A stretch of DNA of 45,612 nt from a virus. Taxonomy: Duplodnaviria; Caudoviricetes. The notes beneath the pieces are model-generated. The model searched no databases. It saw only the letters and a list, made by a program, of their open reading frames with translations, and had not been told where the DNA came from. This document shows positions 36,927-44,709 of the stretch, in pieces (position 1 is the stretch's first letter; each line of letters begins with the position of its first letter). The translations under genes were made by a program, and so were the position numbers. Location of the stretch: positions 1-45,612 of the IMG/VR virus record IMGVR_UViG_3300031519_009791; one strand, given 5' to 3'.

Positions 36927-37006
36927 AATAAGAGGGGGCGTAGAGCTTAAGGATGTCTTAAGACGGGGTGTGTTGTATTACTCCTCCATTTATCACCTCT
37001 CTTATT
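36927..37006 (+). ncRNA. Candidate small structured RNA
   Basis: Preceded by TTGATT-17-TATTAT (36892-36920). An 11-bp closing stem AATAAGAGGGG/CCTCTCTTATT encloses two hairpins. No supported ORF. Confidence 0.35.
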
Positions 37007-37217
37007 AATTTTTTGGATAATACCATTGTTGTTGCAAGTATTGCAGGTATGATTTTTGGGTAGAAATTGCTTTGCTTTGATAGTCTATTACATCTTGAGC
37101 TTCATATAATAAATCTACAGCCTTTTCTTTTTCTGTATATATATCATATAAAGCTATGATTAATACAAAACATACAAACAGTAGAATATTAAAACTATTA
37201 TTATTATTCTCTACCAT
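37005..37217 (-). CDS. Small membrane protein
   Basis: One TM helix plus a coiled segment; GTGTA motif 10 nt upstream (37228-37232). Confidence 0.65.
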   Translation of the reverse strand: MVENNNNSFNILLFVCFVLIIALYDIYTEKEKAVDLLYEAQDVIDYQSKAISTQKSYLQYLQQQWYYPKN

Positions 37218-37241
37218 TACTATATGTTACACATAAAATAA

Positions 37242-37499
37242 ATGGACATAGGAAAAGCTAGTGTTAAATATGTAGAAAAGTGTTTAACTGAACATTTCTC
37301 TCATATATTCGGCGATCCATCTATAAAAGTAGAAGAACAAGAAATAACTCACATACTAGCAGATGTAGAGTGGTATGAATCTCATATAGACAGAACAGAA
37401 GTCTATCCTTTATTATTAATTGAGCCTTTATATAAAAAAGACCCAAATAATCTTGTTTGTTTATGCCCGCCTTTTAATAAAAGAATTTTTGAAGATTAA
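37242..37499 (+). CDS. Hypothetical protein
   Basis: 85 aa ORF filling the gap between two minus-strand genes. Confidence 0.6.
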   Translation: MDIGKASVKYVEKCLTEHFSHIFGDPSIKVEEQEITHILADVEWYESHIDRTEVYPLLLIEPLYKKDPNNLVCLCPPFNKRIFED

Positions 37500-38308
37500 G
37501 CTGGCTTTTTGTGAGAATATCCCATCTTCTTCATTCTGATGTGATCTTTTTCTTCTTTAGCCATATAACCTTTACCAGTTTTAGGATCATACATCATATG
37601 AGCTTCATATTCTGCTTTAGATTCTTTCTTATCTTCTTTTTTATCTTTATCTTGATTTTTAGGACTTTTTCCTTTTTTTTCAAGAATTTTCTTTTGTAAG
37701 GCAGGCGGAAGAGTTTTTTGTTCTTTTGTTAATTCTGCTTTAGCTTCTTTTTTCTTTTTTTGAGCTTGCTTTATTTGTTTTTCCGAAGGAGCTCCTTTGT
37801 CTCCTTTTTTTCTCATCTTTTCTCCTGATCCATCTTTTATTCTTTGTCTTTTTTTGTGGATGTTTTCCCAAAGCCCAGGCTTTGCTTGAGTTTCATCTAA
37901 TTCATCTAAAATAACATCTTCTTTTTCTTCCTCTGTCATTTCAATGTCAGATCCTTGTACTTTCGTTCCAGCTCGCCATTGTTTACAAGACCAATATCTA
38001 GCCATAGTTTTTGGACCTGGATTTGCACAATTATGTCTAGCCCTAAAAGATTTTCTTCTTTTTGGGTCGTCTCGTTTAATCTCCATGTTCGGGTCTCCGA
38101 AATTTACTTTAACTACATTACCCTTTTCGTTTTTAACGTAAACAGAAAACTTTTTTGGGCCTCCTGAAGTTCTGAAAGGCTTATTTAATTTCTTACCCTT
38201 GTTCTTTTCTGTAGCCCAAGATTCTTCAGCTACAATTTCTCCTAAGGTATCATCTTCACAATCGCAAAGTTGATATGCTTTAATTTCATTTGAGAAGTCT
38301 AGTTCCAT
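37496..38308 (-). CDS. Modular basic protein, probable virion-internal protein
   Basis: Domain VNFGDPNM...RRKSFRARHNC...ARYWSC, plus GLWENIHKKR...KGAPS and HMMYDPKTGKG modules of the kind seen in marine phage proteins. GTGTA motif at 38323-38327. Confidence 0.7.
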   Translation of the reverse strand: MELDFSNEIKAYQLCDCEDDTLGEIVAEESWATEKNKGKKLNKPFRTSGGPKKFSVYVKNEKGNVVKVNFGDPNMEIKRDDPKRRKSFRARHNCANPGPKTMARYWSCKQWRAGTKVQGSDIEMTEEEKEDVILDELDETQAKPGLWENIHKKRQRIKDGSGEKMRKKGDKGAPSEKQIKQAQKKKKEAKAELTKEQKTLPPALQKKILEKKGKSPKNQDKDKKEDKKESKAEYEAHMMYDPKTGKGYMAKEEKDHIRMKKMGYSHKKPA

Positions 38309-38367
38309 AATATATTATATATTACACGAGAAGATTGATTTTTATACAATTTTATGTATTATATAAT

Positions 38368-38505
38368 ATGAAGATTATTTTTAAATTGTTTTTTTTAAGT
38401 TTTTTATTATTTTCTGCTTGTTCGCATAATAAATGTAATAAGAAAACTTGTTGCCCAAAGGAAGGGCATGGTCCTTGCCCCATGTGCGTTCCATTTACTA
38501 AGTAA
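38368..38505 (+). CDS. Small Cys-rich lipoprotein (45 aa)
   Basis: MKIIFKLFFLSFLLFSAC-SHNKCNKKTCCPKEGHGPCPMCVPFTK with lipobox FSAC; below the ORF-track cutoff. Confidence 0.6.
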   Translation: MKIIFKLFFLSFLLFSACSHNKCNKKTCCPKEGHGPCPMCVPFTK

Positions 38506-38832
38506 TAAAATCGCGCGTTGTCGTATTCTTTCTTTTTTTTTCTTTTTGAAGAACAATCTTTATTGATTTTTACTTATTTCAATTTAAGGGCGCCGATTTT
38601 TTTTCGATCTTCAAATATTCTTATTTATTATGATGGCGCCGATTTTCCCATTAATGTACCCCCCTTCCCATAAGAAACCCTATGTTATAAATATATTATC
38701 TAATGTCTGATTCTTTTTTCGATATTGAAGAAAAGGCCCTGGCAGTAGAATGGTAGCAGTAGGATCGTGCAGTATTCTAGTTAATAGGGGGGGAGTAGTT
38801 CCATTAATACAAGGGGGAGTTGTCTAGACATG

Positions 38833-38861
38833 AAAAAGCCACGGATCCGAAGATCCGTGAC
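38833..38861 (-). terminator. Intrinsic terminator
   Basis: GTCACGGATC-TTCG-GATCCGTGGC plus TTTTT (UUCG tetraloop). Confidence 0.88.
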
Positions 38862-38884
38862 CTTGTGATTGTTTTAGCCTACTA

Positions 38885-39376
38885 CTAGCTAGAAAGCATT
38901 TCTTCGACTGACTTATGGCAAAGGTTGATTGCCATGTTGGAACAGGTTATAGCCGCGCTACGTTCTGAGCCGTTATGTCTTAGGCAATAGTCCTCAAGAG
39001 TTTGAAAGCTTTCAGGAGTTGCAAATAGATTGTTTACAAGCAAAGGATTTGAAGGAACAGGCTTGCCTGTAAAGAAGTTAAGATCAGTGCCTTTTGTCAT
39101 TACTTTTGTAGGCTTAAAGAGTTTGCCTGTTATAGCTTTCTTTGCGACGTTATTCATCTCGACCAAGTCTTCACCTAGTTGACTCAGTTCAGCATAAGTT
39201 TCTTTATATCCTGTGCAATCATCTGACAGAGTGAAGGTTTCAATCATTTTAGCATTTAGGCAATATAAGAAGCACTTGCCATTTTGTGTATCAGTATCAA
39301 GGAAGTCATTGATCCAAATGCCTTGATCCTGTTTCTGTACCATTTTAAGGAAGATAATAAGTGTTTTAATTTTCAT
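38885..39376 (-). CDS. Hypothetical protein
   Basis: 163 aa with TTGACG (39449-39454) upstream and a terminator downstream. Confidence 0.8.
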   Translation of the reverse strand: MKIKTLIIFLKMVQKQDQGIWINDFLDTDTQNGKCFLYCLNAKMIETFTLSDDCTGYKETYAELSQLGEDLVEMNNVAKKAITGKLFKPTKVMTKGTDLNFFTGKPVPSNPLLVNNLFATPESFQTLEDYCLRHNGSERSAAITCSNMAINLCHKSVEEMLSS

Positions 39377-39440
39377 AGTAGTATAGTAGTAGGTTAGTAG
39401 TAGGTTAGTAATATGTTACAAGTACAATAGAACGTAGTTT

Positions 39441-39578
39441 CTAGCTTACGTCAAACTCTCTTTGCATTTTATATACACAAAGAGCAGAGACGATCCAAGG
39501 CAGTAGTAAACTGACTCCATTGGTGAGACCTGCGAGCAGGAGGGAACAAGGTAAGACTAAGATGATGATTGTTTTCAT
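39441..39578 (-). CDS. Small hydrophobic protein (45 aa)
   Basis: MKTIIILVLPCSLLLAGLTNGVSLLLPWIVSALCVYKMQREFDVS; ATG 29 nt after TTGACA (39608-39613). Confidence 0.55.
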   Translation of the reverse strand: MKTIIILVLPCSLLLAGLTNGVSLLLPWIVSALCVYKMQREFDVS

Positions 39579-39642
39579 ACAAGTAACAAAGCACAGATAG
39601 ATTGCCTTGTCAAATCTTTCTTTTCATCACGTACTTTTGTGA

Positions 39643-39797
39643 TGCCTTAGCCTGTGCCTTGCCTTAGCCTGTGCCTTAGCCTGTGCCTTAGCCTTGCCTT
39701 AGCCTGTGCCTTAGCCTGTGCCTGTGCCTTAGCCTGTGCCTTAGCCTTGCCTGTGGTACTTATCTCTCTTGTCTCTTGTCTCTCTTGTCTCTCTTGT
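39643..39797. repeat. Tandem repeats (TGCCTTAGCCTG)n followed by (TCTCTCTTG)n
   Basis: About 8 full or near-full 11-12 nt units plus half units at 39643-39754, then about 4 CTCTTGT units at 39764-39797. Confidence 0.92.
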
Positions 39798-39870
39798 TAT
39801 TTTACTCTATTTAGTTTGTTTCCTATTTTGTTCTATTTAGGTTGTATTTCGTTTCTTTCTATTTAGGCAC

Positions 39871-39896
39871 AAAAAAGCCCTCCTTTCGGAGGGCTT
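39871..39896 (-). terminator. Intrinsic terminator
   Basis: AAGCCCTCC-GAAA-GGAGGGCTT plus T-run. Confidence 0.9.
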
Positions 39897-39953
39897 AGTC
39901 TTATGGCATTTGTAACGTTACCGCAAGGGCAAGGGCAATCAAGATAAGTAACA

Positions 39954-40892
39954 TCATACCGCAAGCACTTCAGTTATAGCATTGCGAACCTTAGTAGGAA
40001 AGGAGCTATCAGCTAACGAGCGAAAGCGGTTTTCTTCCCTAGTAGTTTGCTTGGTTTCTCTAGTGATTCGATCATGAGTTTGATAAGCGGTGAAAGCGTT
40101 GAATGTATCCCATGCGGTCTCACCGAAAGCACCTAGGCGCTCATTAGAGAATTGAGCCTTTACCGCTTCCCTTGCGGTTTCAGCTTGCTTGCTTTCGCCC
40201 TTGAAAACGATTTCGTTGATCATGTCGAATTCGTGAGGTGTAACTTCTCTAAGTGACAAGTCAGTGACGTCAGTCTTTAGATTGTGAATGATTTGCCTAA
40301 CTCCCGTTGCCTGCTCTAGGGCGGTTGCCATGATCGCCCTTTGATTGCGGGTATGCTTTACCTTAGCTATACGATTGCCCTTATCCCATGATGCCATGCC
40401 ATTATCGCACCATACTCTAAGGATTTCGATTTGAATGATAGTAGCAAGGGAGCCGTCAAAGCTTGTTCTTGCGGTCACTCTAATCTCTAGCACATCACCT
40501 TTCTTTCTATCGCCCTTGCTTGGTACTTCAATAGTCATGTCCATCTTACCGCTAATGAAAAGCTGACGCCCTTGATGAGTAAAGCCTGCGGTATCATACT
40601 CGAAACCTAACTCTTCTTTTAAAGCATCTAGAAAGGCAAATGCTTCAGTAGGTTGGAGTAAGTCATAAGTAGATGAAACGATAGTTAAAGGCTCACCTCT
40701 ATCGTCTTTGATTAGTTTGAAACCATTGCAAACGTGATTCAGTGATTCAGTTGAATAGTCACCAACGTCTAACTTAGTAAGTACATCATTAACGTTCTCG
40801 CTATCGCTTACATCTTCAATATTGAATGATCTAGGTGATCTGTTAATGCATTCAGCTATACTTGGCGGTGTTGAATTTAAGAAGTAACTCAT
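39954..40892 (-). CDS. DUF932-family protein
   Basis: VSSTYDLLQPTEAFAFLD, TAGFTHQGRQLF, SFDGS, RVWCDNG, HT and TAWDTFNAFTAY. Start placed at MSYFLN (40892), downstream of TTGACA at 40960-40965. Confidence 0.82.
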   Translation of the reverse strand: MSYFLNSTPPSIAECINRSPRSFNIEDVSDSENVNDVLTKLDVGDYSTESLNHVCNGFKLIKDDRGEPLTIVSSTYDLLQPTEAFAFLDALKEELGFEYDTAGFTHQGRQLFISGKMDMTIEVPSKGDRKKGDVLEIRVTARTSFDGSLATIIQIEILRVWCDNGMASWDKGNRIAKVKHTRNQRAIMATALEQATGVRQIIHNLKTDVTDLSLREVTPHEFDMINEIVFKGESKQAETAREAVKAQFSNERLGAFGETAWDTFNAFTAYQTHDRITRETKQTTREENRFRSLADSSFPTKVRNAITEVLAV

Positions 40893-41284
40893 TTTATAAT
40901 CTTTCTTTAGTGTTAATAATAGTAATGTGAAACCATAGATTCGCATACATAGATAGTTATGTCAAATCTTTTTTTAATTAGTTTAATATTAGTTTAATTA
41001 GATAGTTTTGCCTTTGTTCTATATAGATTGTTTTACCTAGTATGATACTCTAATCAAATAAGGGCTTAGAAAGGGCTTGCTTAGTCGATACGATACAAGG
41101 CTCATGTCTTACCTTGAAAAGGATTTGATAATGTTCTAATCAAAGCAATTCAATAATGTTCTAATTAGTTTGTTTGTATATCTTTCTTGTTCTCTATCTT
41201 TCTATCTATCTATTTTATTTATTACCTATTTATTTCTTTCTTATTTTGTTCTATTTACTTTATTATTGATTTCTATTTAAACAC

Positions 41285-41310
41285 AAAAAAAACCTTCTAT
41301 TGCTAGAAGG
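41285..41310 (-). terminator. Intrinsic terminator
   Basis: CCTTCTA-GCAA-TAGAAGG plus T8. Confidence 0.85.
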
Positions 41311-41341
41311 AAAGAATGATTTCTTTTTTATTGATTAACTA

Positions 41342-41851
41342 CTAATTTACTAAAACGTTTTCGCCTTGAATTCTCATTGAAAGAATGTTTTCAAGTTTAA
41401 TGTCACGTAAGATAATCTTTTTGGTTAATTCGTCTTGTGTTGAACTTTCGCTCTTTTTTGGCAAGAATTCTTCGATTGCACTTTTTTCAATTGGCGCGCC
41501 ATTTTCTAAGAAGTAATTAACTTCAAAGGTTTTTTCAACTTTGCACTCTAGGTAATGATTTCCTTTATGCTCTACTAAAGAAGAATTTTCTAAGCGCTTG
41601 CCCCAACGTCTCGCTTGAACTTGAAAGTCAATATTCTTGTTCTCACGTTTTGCTTGATTGTCTAAAGAATTTGAATAATGAAATCCAATGTTTGCCAATA
41701 ATCTAGTTTTCTTTAAGACTTTACCATAAGGATTATTCGTTTTCTTTAATCTTGCATCTGTCAAGATAGTTAATCCTATCAGAGAATGTCCAATGTAATT
41801 TTGAAAGAACGTTAATAATGTTTGAGTTAATGCTGTTGTAGTTTTTATCAT
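41342..41851 (-). CDS. Hypothetical phage protein
   Basis: Start corrected to ATG 41851 (MIKTTT), which follows TTGACG-17-GATAAT-6. Confidence 0.8.
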   Translation of the reverse strand: MIKTTTALTQTLLTFFQNYIGHSLIGLTILTDARLKKTNNPYGKVLKKTRLLANIGFHYSNSLDNQAKRENKNIDFQVQARRWGKRLENSSLVEHKGNHYLECKVEKTFEVNYFLENGAPIEKSAIEEFLPKKSESSTQDELTKKIILRDIKLENILSMRIQGENVLVN

Positions 41852-41955
41852 AAGTACATTATCGCATAGCAATTCCATTACGTCAAATAAAAAGAAAGTT
41901 TTTTTTCAAGGTAATAAAAAAGATATAAGAATACCACAAAATAGAATAATTAAAA

Positions 41956-42075
41956 TCATTTGTTTTCCTTTCTTTTTGGTATCGATTCAATTGCTTGTTT
42001 TCTTGTATAATTAAAACGTTTCATAATGTACTGAATCATTTGTTCGCCTTCTAATTGTTTTGTTTGTTCACTCAT
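41956..42075 (-). CDS. Small hypothetical protein (39 aa)
   Basis: MSEQTKQLEGEQMIQYIMKRFNYTRKQAIESIPKRKENK with AAAGGT SD-like sequence upstream. Confidence 0.5.
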   Translation of the reverse strand: MSEQTKQLEGEQMIQYIMKRFNYTRKQAIESIPKRKENK

Positions 42076-42081
42076 TACCTT

Positions 42082-42207
42082 TTAATTAGATTGTTTTATC
42101 ATAAAAGCAAATATCATTCTTTCTTGCCAATGATTAAAATAATGTGTCTTTATTACTTTTCCTTTTTCTGTTATCTCTAATATGTATTTGTTATTTATAT
42201 CTTTCAT
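42082..42207 (-). CDS. Small hypothetical protein (41 aa)
   Basis: MKDINNKYILEITEKGKVIKTHYFNHWQERMIFAFMIKQSN. Confidence 0.45.
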   Translation of the reverse strand: MKDINNKYILEITEKGKVIKTHYFNHWQERMIFAFMIKQSN

Positions 42208-42298
42208 TTTTATTTTTCGCTTGTTATTTTATTCTATTTAAAAAAGATCCTGTTTGTATTTGACGGAAAACAGGTAAAAACGTTTTTATTCTATTTAA

Positions 42299-42604
42299 TT
42301 ACTCTCTAATACCGTCAAAAGAAGATAATACGTGCCAATCGTACAAGTCAAGCACTTTAGCGCCGTTGTAATATTGTTCATGATCTTTTTGGTATACATC
42401 GACATTTAAAATTCCTCTTAAACGTTCTCTTGTTGTAGAAGATCCCCAACCCGCAAAGGTAAAAAGAATTACACCACTTGGATCTCTTTTAATTATCTCA
42501 TTGTTACGATAAAAAACTGATGTGCCATCAGTGAAATCATGATTAATCTTTTTTGTTTTCCGTGCAAAGAATGCTTCTTTAATTTTTTCTGTTACTTTAT
42601 TCAT
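42299..42604 (-). CDS. Hypothetical phage protein
   Basis: 101 aa with YRNNEII...AGWGSSTTRERL motif and AAGGAG SD. Confidence 0.8.
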   Translation of the reverse strand: MNKVTEKIKEAFFARKTKKINHDFTDGTSVFYRNNEIIKRDPSGVILFTFAGWGSSTTRERLRGILNVDVYQKDHEQYYNGAKVLDLYDWHVLSSFDGIRE

Positions 42605-42621
42605 TTTATTTTTTTCTCCTT

Positions 42622-42861
42622 TTAGTTGTTTGAATTTAATCTAATATTACGTCCATTTAATCGATTGTCAAATTCTTTTTCAGTAATAAAAAGATCTTCA
42701 TTAAAGCAATAATAACAATGAGATCTTTCCACTATGTTATAAATGTATATGTACCATCGCCCGCTAATTTCAGAGGGGATCTCATTGCCACCGCAAGCTA
42801 TTCTGTAAGGATGTTGCCATCCGCTTTTCCAATCGTAAGGACATTGTATTGTTTTAATCAT
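42622..42861 (-). CDS. Hypothetical protein
   Basis: Start corrected to ATG 42861, 29 nt after TTGACG (42891-42896). Confidence 0.75.
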   Translation of the reverse strand: MIKTIQCPYDWKSGWQHPYRIACGGNEIPSEISGRWYIYIYNIVERSHCYYCFNEDLFITEKEFDNRLNGRNIRLNSNN

Positions 42862-42921
42862 GTAAACAGATTGCCACAGATAAGATGCCACGTCAAACTT
42901 TTTTTAATCTTTTTTAAAATT

Positions 42922-42958
42922 AAAAAAAAAGAGATCCTGGGCTTTTCCTAGGATCTCT
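42922..42958 (-). terminator. Intrinsic terminator
   Basis: GAGATCCT...AGGATCTC plus T9. Confidence 0.85.
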
Positions 42959-43158
42959 TAATTGTTTTAATTAGATTGTTTTAATTTCTTTTTTGTGGTC
43001 TCCCATTGATCTTAAAAATTAAGTCTAAACAATCTGTAATATTAATTTGTTTTATTTCATTATTCATTATTATTTTATTTATTTCGGTTTTATTTACTTT
43101 TATTTACTGAGAAAAATTTAGCTTTTATTTAGGGAAAAGCTTAAAACCTTCTATTTAA

Positions 43159-43302
43159 TTAATCCTTACAACAATCTTTATGACGTTCCGAGTCTTCTTT
43201 GTCATTAATATAATATCCTTCTTTGCAAGACGAACACCATTTACGCAACAGATATTCATCCCATACTAAAGGTTTTTCTTCGGGCTTTTCGTTTTCTTCC
43301 AT
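43159..43302 (-). CDS. Small Cys-containing protein (47 aa)
   Basis: MEENEKPEEKPLVWDEYLLRKWCSSCKEGYYINDKEDSERHKDCCKD, preceded by TTGACA-17-TAGTCT-6-ATG. Confidence 0.6.
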   Translation of the reverse strand: MEENEKPEEKPLVWDEYLLRKWCSSCKEGYYINDKEDSERHKDCCKD

Positions 43303-43349
43303 ACAAACAGACTACTCTAATTAATTTAATTTGTCAAATTTTATTTTAA

Positions 43350-43502
43350 TTAATCTGTCAATAGTGTTTTAAATTTTTCTATGAAATGCCTTGATGCAAT
43401 CGCTTCATCTCCACTGATCTTTCCCTCGCTCCACATATCTGTAACTTCATCATCTAATTCTTTTGCTACTTTTTTGATTTTTTCTTTTAATTGTTCCTTC
43501 AT
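43350..43502 (-). CDS. Small hypothetical protein (50 aa)
   Basis: MKEQLKEKIKKVAKELDDEVTDMWSEGKISGDEAIASRHFIEKFKTLLTD with AAGGA SD. Confidence 0.6.
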   Translation of the reverse strand: MKEQLKEKIKKVAKELDDEVTDMWSEGKISGDEAIASRHFIEKFKTLLTD

Positions 43503-43596
43503 ATTATTTCCTTCTATTTAATTTATTTTTCGCTTGTTATTTAATATATAAAAAAATGACTTTTATTAAGGGAAAAGTCTAAAACCTTTTAATCAA

Positions 43597-43818
43597 TTAA
43601 ATGATTTGCCCGCCATTCTTATAAAAGTTTAACTCGAATTGGTCTAAAACCTTTTCTTTGTTTCCTTTGTATCCGAATAGCTTTTTAACTTGTGAGTAAC
43701 AAGATGGCGCTTTATTGGTTAATCTCATTCCGTTACCTTTGGCTTCTAACCTTAATCCAATTAGAAGATGTTTCATTTTGTAGGCTTGGATGCTTTCTTT
43801 GGTGTCTAATATAATCAT
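43597..43818 (-). CDS. Hypothetical protein
   Basis: 73 aa preceded by TCGACA-17-TACTCT-6-ATG; hairpin terminator at about 43551-43580. Confidence 0.75.
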   Translation of the reverse strand: MIILDTKESIQAYKMKHLLIGLRLEAKGNGMRLTNKAPSCYSQVKKLFGYKGNKEKVLDQFELNFYKNGGQII

Positions 43819-43832
43819 AAGTATAGAGTAGT

Positions 43833-43970
43833 CTATATAATTCTAAATGTCGAATCTTTTTTTAAGTTTTTTCTATTGTATTTCTTTTTGTCTTTATGTG
43901 GACGTGACTTAGTAAATAAAATCTTTAATCTTATCTTAATTACTTTATTCTTTTTCTTTTTCTTGCTCAT
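43833..43970 (-). CDS. Small highly basic protein (45 aa)
   Basis: The ATG overlaps the previous stop (ATGA); MSKKKKKNKVIKIRLKILFTKSRPHKDKKKYNRKNLKKDSTFRII. Confidence 0.5.
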   Translation of the reverse strand: MSKKKKKNKVIKIRLKILFTKSRPHKDKKKYNRKNLKKDSTFRII

Positions 43971-44164
43971 TTAAGATCAATTCCTGTTTCTTTTCTTGCC
44001 CAAGACATAATTGGCTTGATTGCCTTATCTCCAAAATGGCAGTAATAAGACTGATCTGCTTTAGAATGAGAAACAATATCTTTTCCATTCCGTTTATGAA
44101 TGATAAAACCAAGTTTACGCATTCGTTTCATTAATTTTTTTAATCCACTGCTTGTATGATTCAT
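43967..44164 (-). CDS. HicA-like small protein
   Basis: 65 aa with the HicA-type alpha-beta3-alpha pattern (LMKRMRKLGFIIHKRNG...SH...H...I...ETGI); leaderless promoter. Confidence 0.5.
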   Translation of the reverse strand: MNHTSSGLKKLMKRMRKLGFIIHKRNGKDIVSHSKADQSYYCHFGDKAIKPIMSWARKETGIDLK

Positions 44165-44205
44165 ATTTATACTTTCTTATATTTTTTAGTTTTTGTCAAA
44201 TTATT

Positions 44206-44466
44206 TTACCAAATTCTGTTTATGTATTTTGTGGCTTGCTTGTCATGCCCAAGTGTTACCTTTGAATTTAAGAAGGTTACAACCTTATTAATTTTCGTTC
44301 TTGCTTCGTTCTTGTCTTCGGCAATTACTTCAATTATGTTAGTAGTCGATACCGAGTCAATAAATGAATTAGTATTTGTATTCCACAAGGGAATTTTACT
44401 ATCATCATTTGAAAAGATGTGAACGTTACCTGTAAAACTTTTAAAACTATTCTTATTCTTTATCAT
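44206..44466 (-). CDS. Hypothetical protein
   Basis: 86 aa; ATG 29 nt after TTGCAA. Confidence 0.7.
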   Translation of the reverse strand: MIKNKNSFKSFTGNVHIFSNDDSKIPLWNTNTNSFIDSVSTTNIIEVIAEDKNEARTKINKVVTFLNSKVTLGHDKQATKYINRIW

Positions 44467-44527
44467 GTATACATATAACCATATAATTTAAACGATTGCA
44501 AATAAAAAATTAAAAAAGATTATTGGC

Positions 44528-44545
44528 ATTGATATCGATATCAAT
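44528..44545. other. Perfect 18-bp palindrome ATTGATATCGATATCAAT
   Basis: Self-complementary sequence in intergenic DNA just upstream of a promoter. Confidence 0.7.
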
Positions 44546-44709
44546 AAACTAATTAAAACATTCATTTGATTAATTTGGTAATTGGCACGTTATTAAAAAG
44601 GCTAAGAAGAAAACTCCTATTAATATCATATTCTTTATATATTTCTTTCTATTTATTTTGTTTACGTTTATTTTTTGATCTATTTAAAACAATAGCAAAA
44701 GACTTGGCT

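Noticed and set aside
36932-36988. Canonical tRNA or tmRNA gene
   Set aside because: No TTCGA T-loop, no cloverleaf, and too short; kept only as a candidate ncRNA.
7181-38167. Numerous short ORFs nested in or antisense to long genes (e.g. 7181, 7719, 8930, 11043, 13181, 13710, 15588, 25687, 27526, 34799, 37944)
   Set aside because: They overlap well-supported genes and have no motifs or start signals.
39643-39754. Mini-CRISPR
   Set aside because: The units are contiguous with no unique spacers.
39654-39866. 70-aa ORF with LSLC/ALAC repeats
   Set aside because: It is an artefact of the tandem repeat, runs opposite to all local genes and has no promoter or RBS.
40893-42891. ORF-track starts at 40946, 41878 and 42891 (also 31238 and 36768)
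   Set aside because: They overlap promoter elements or upstream genes; downstream ATGs fit promoter spacing or family N-termini better.
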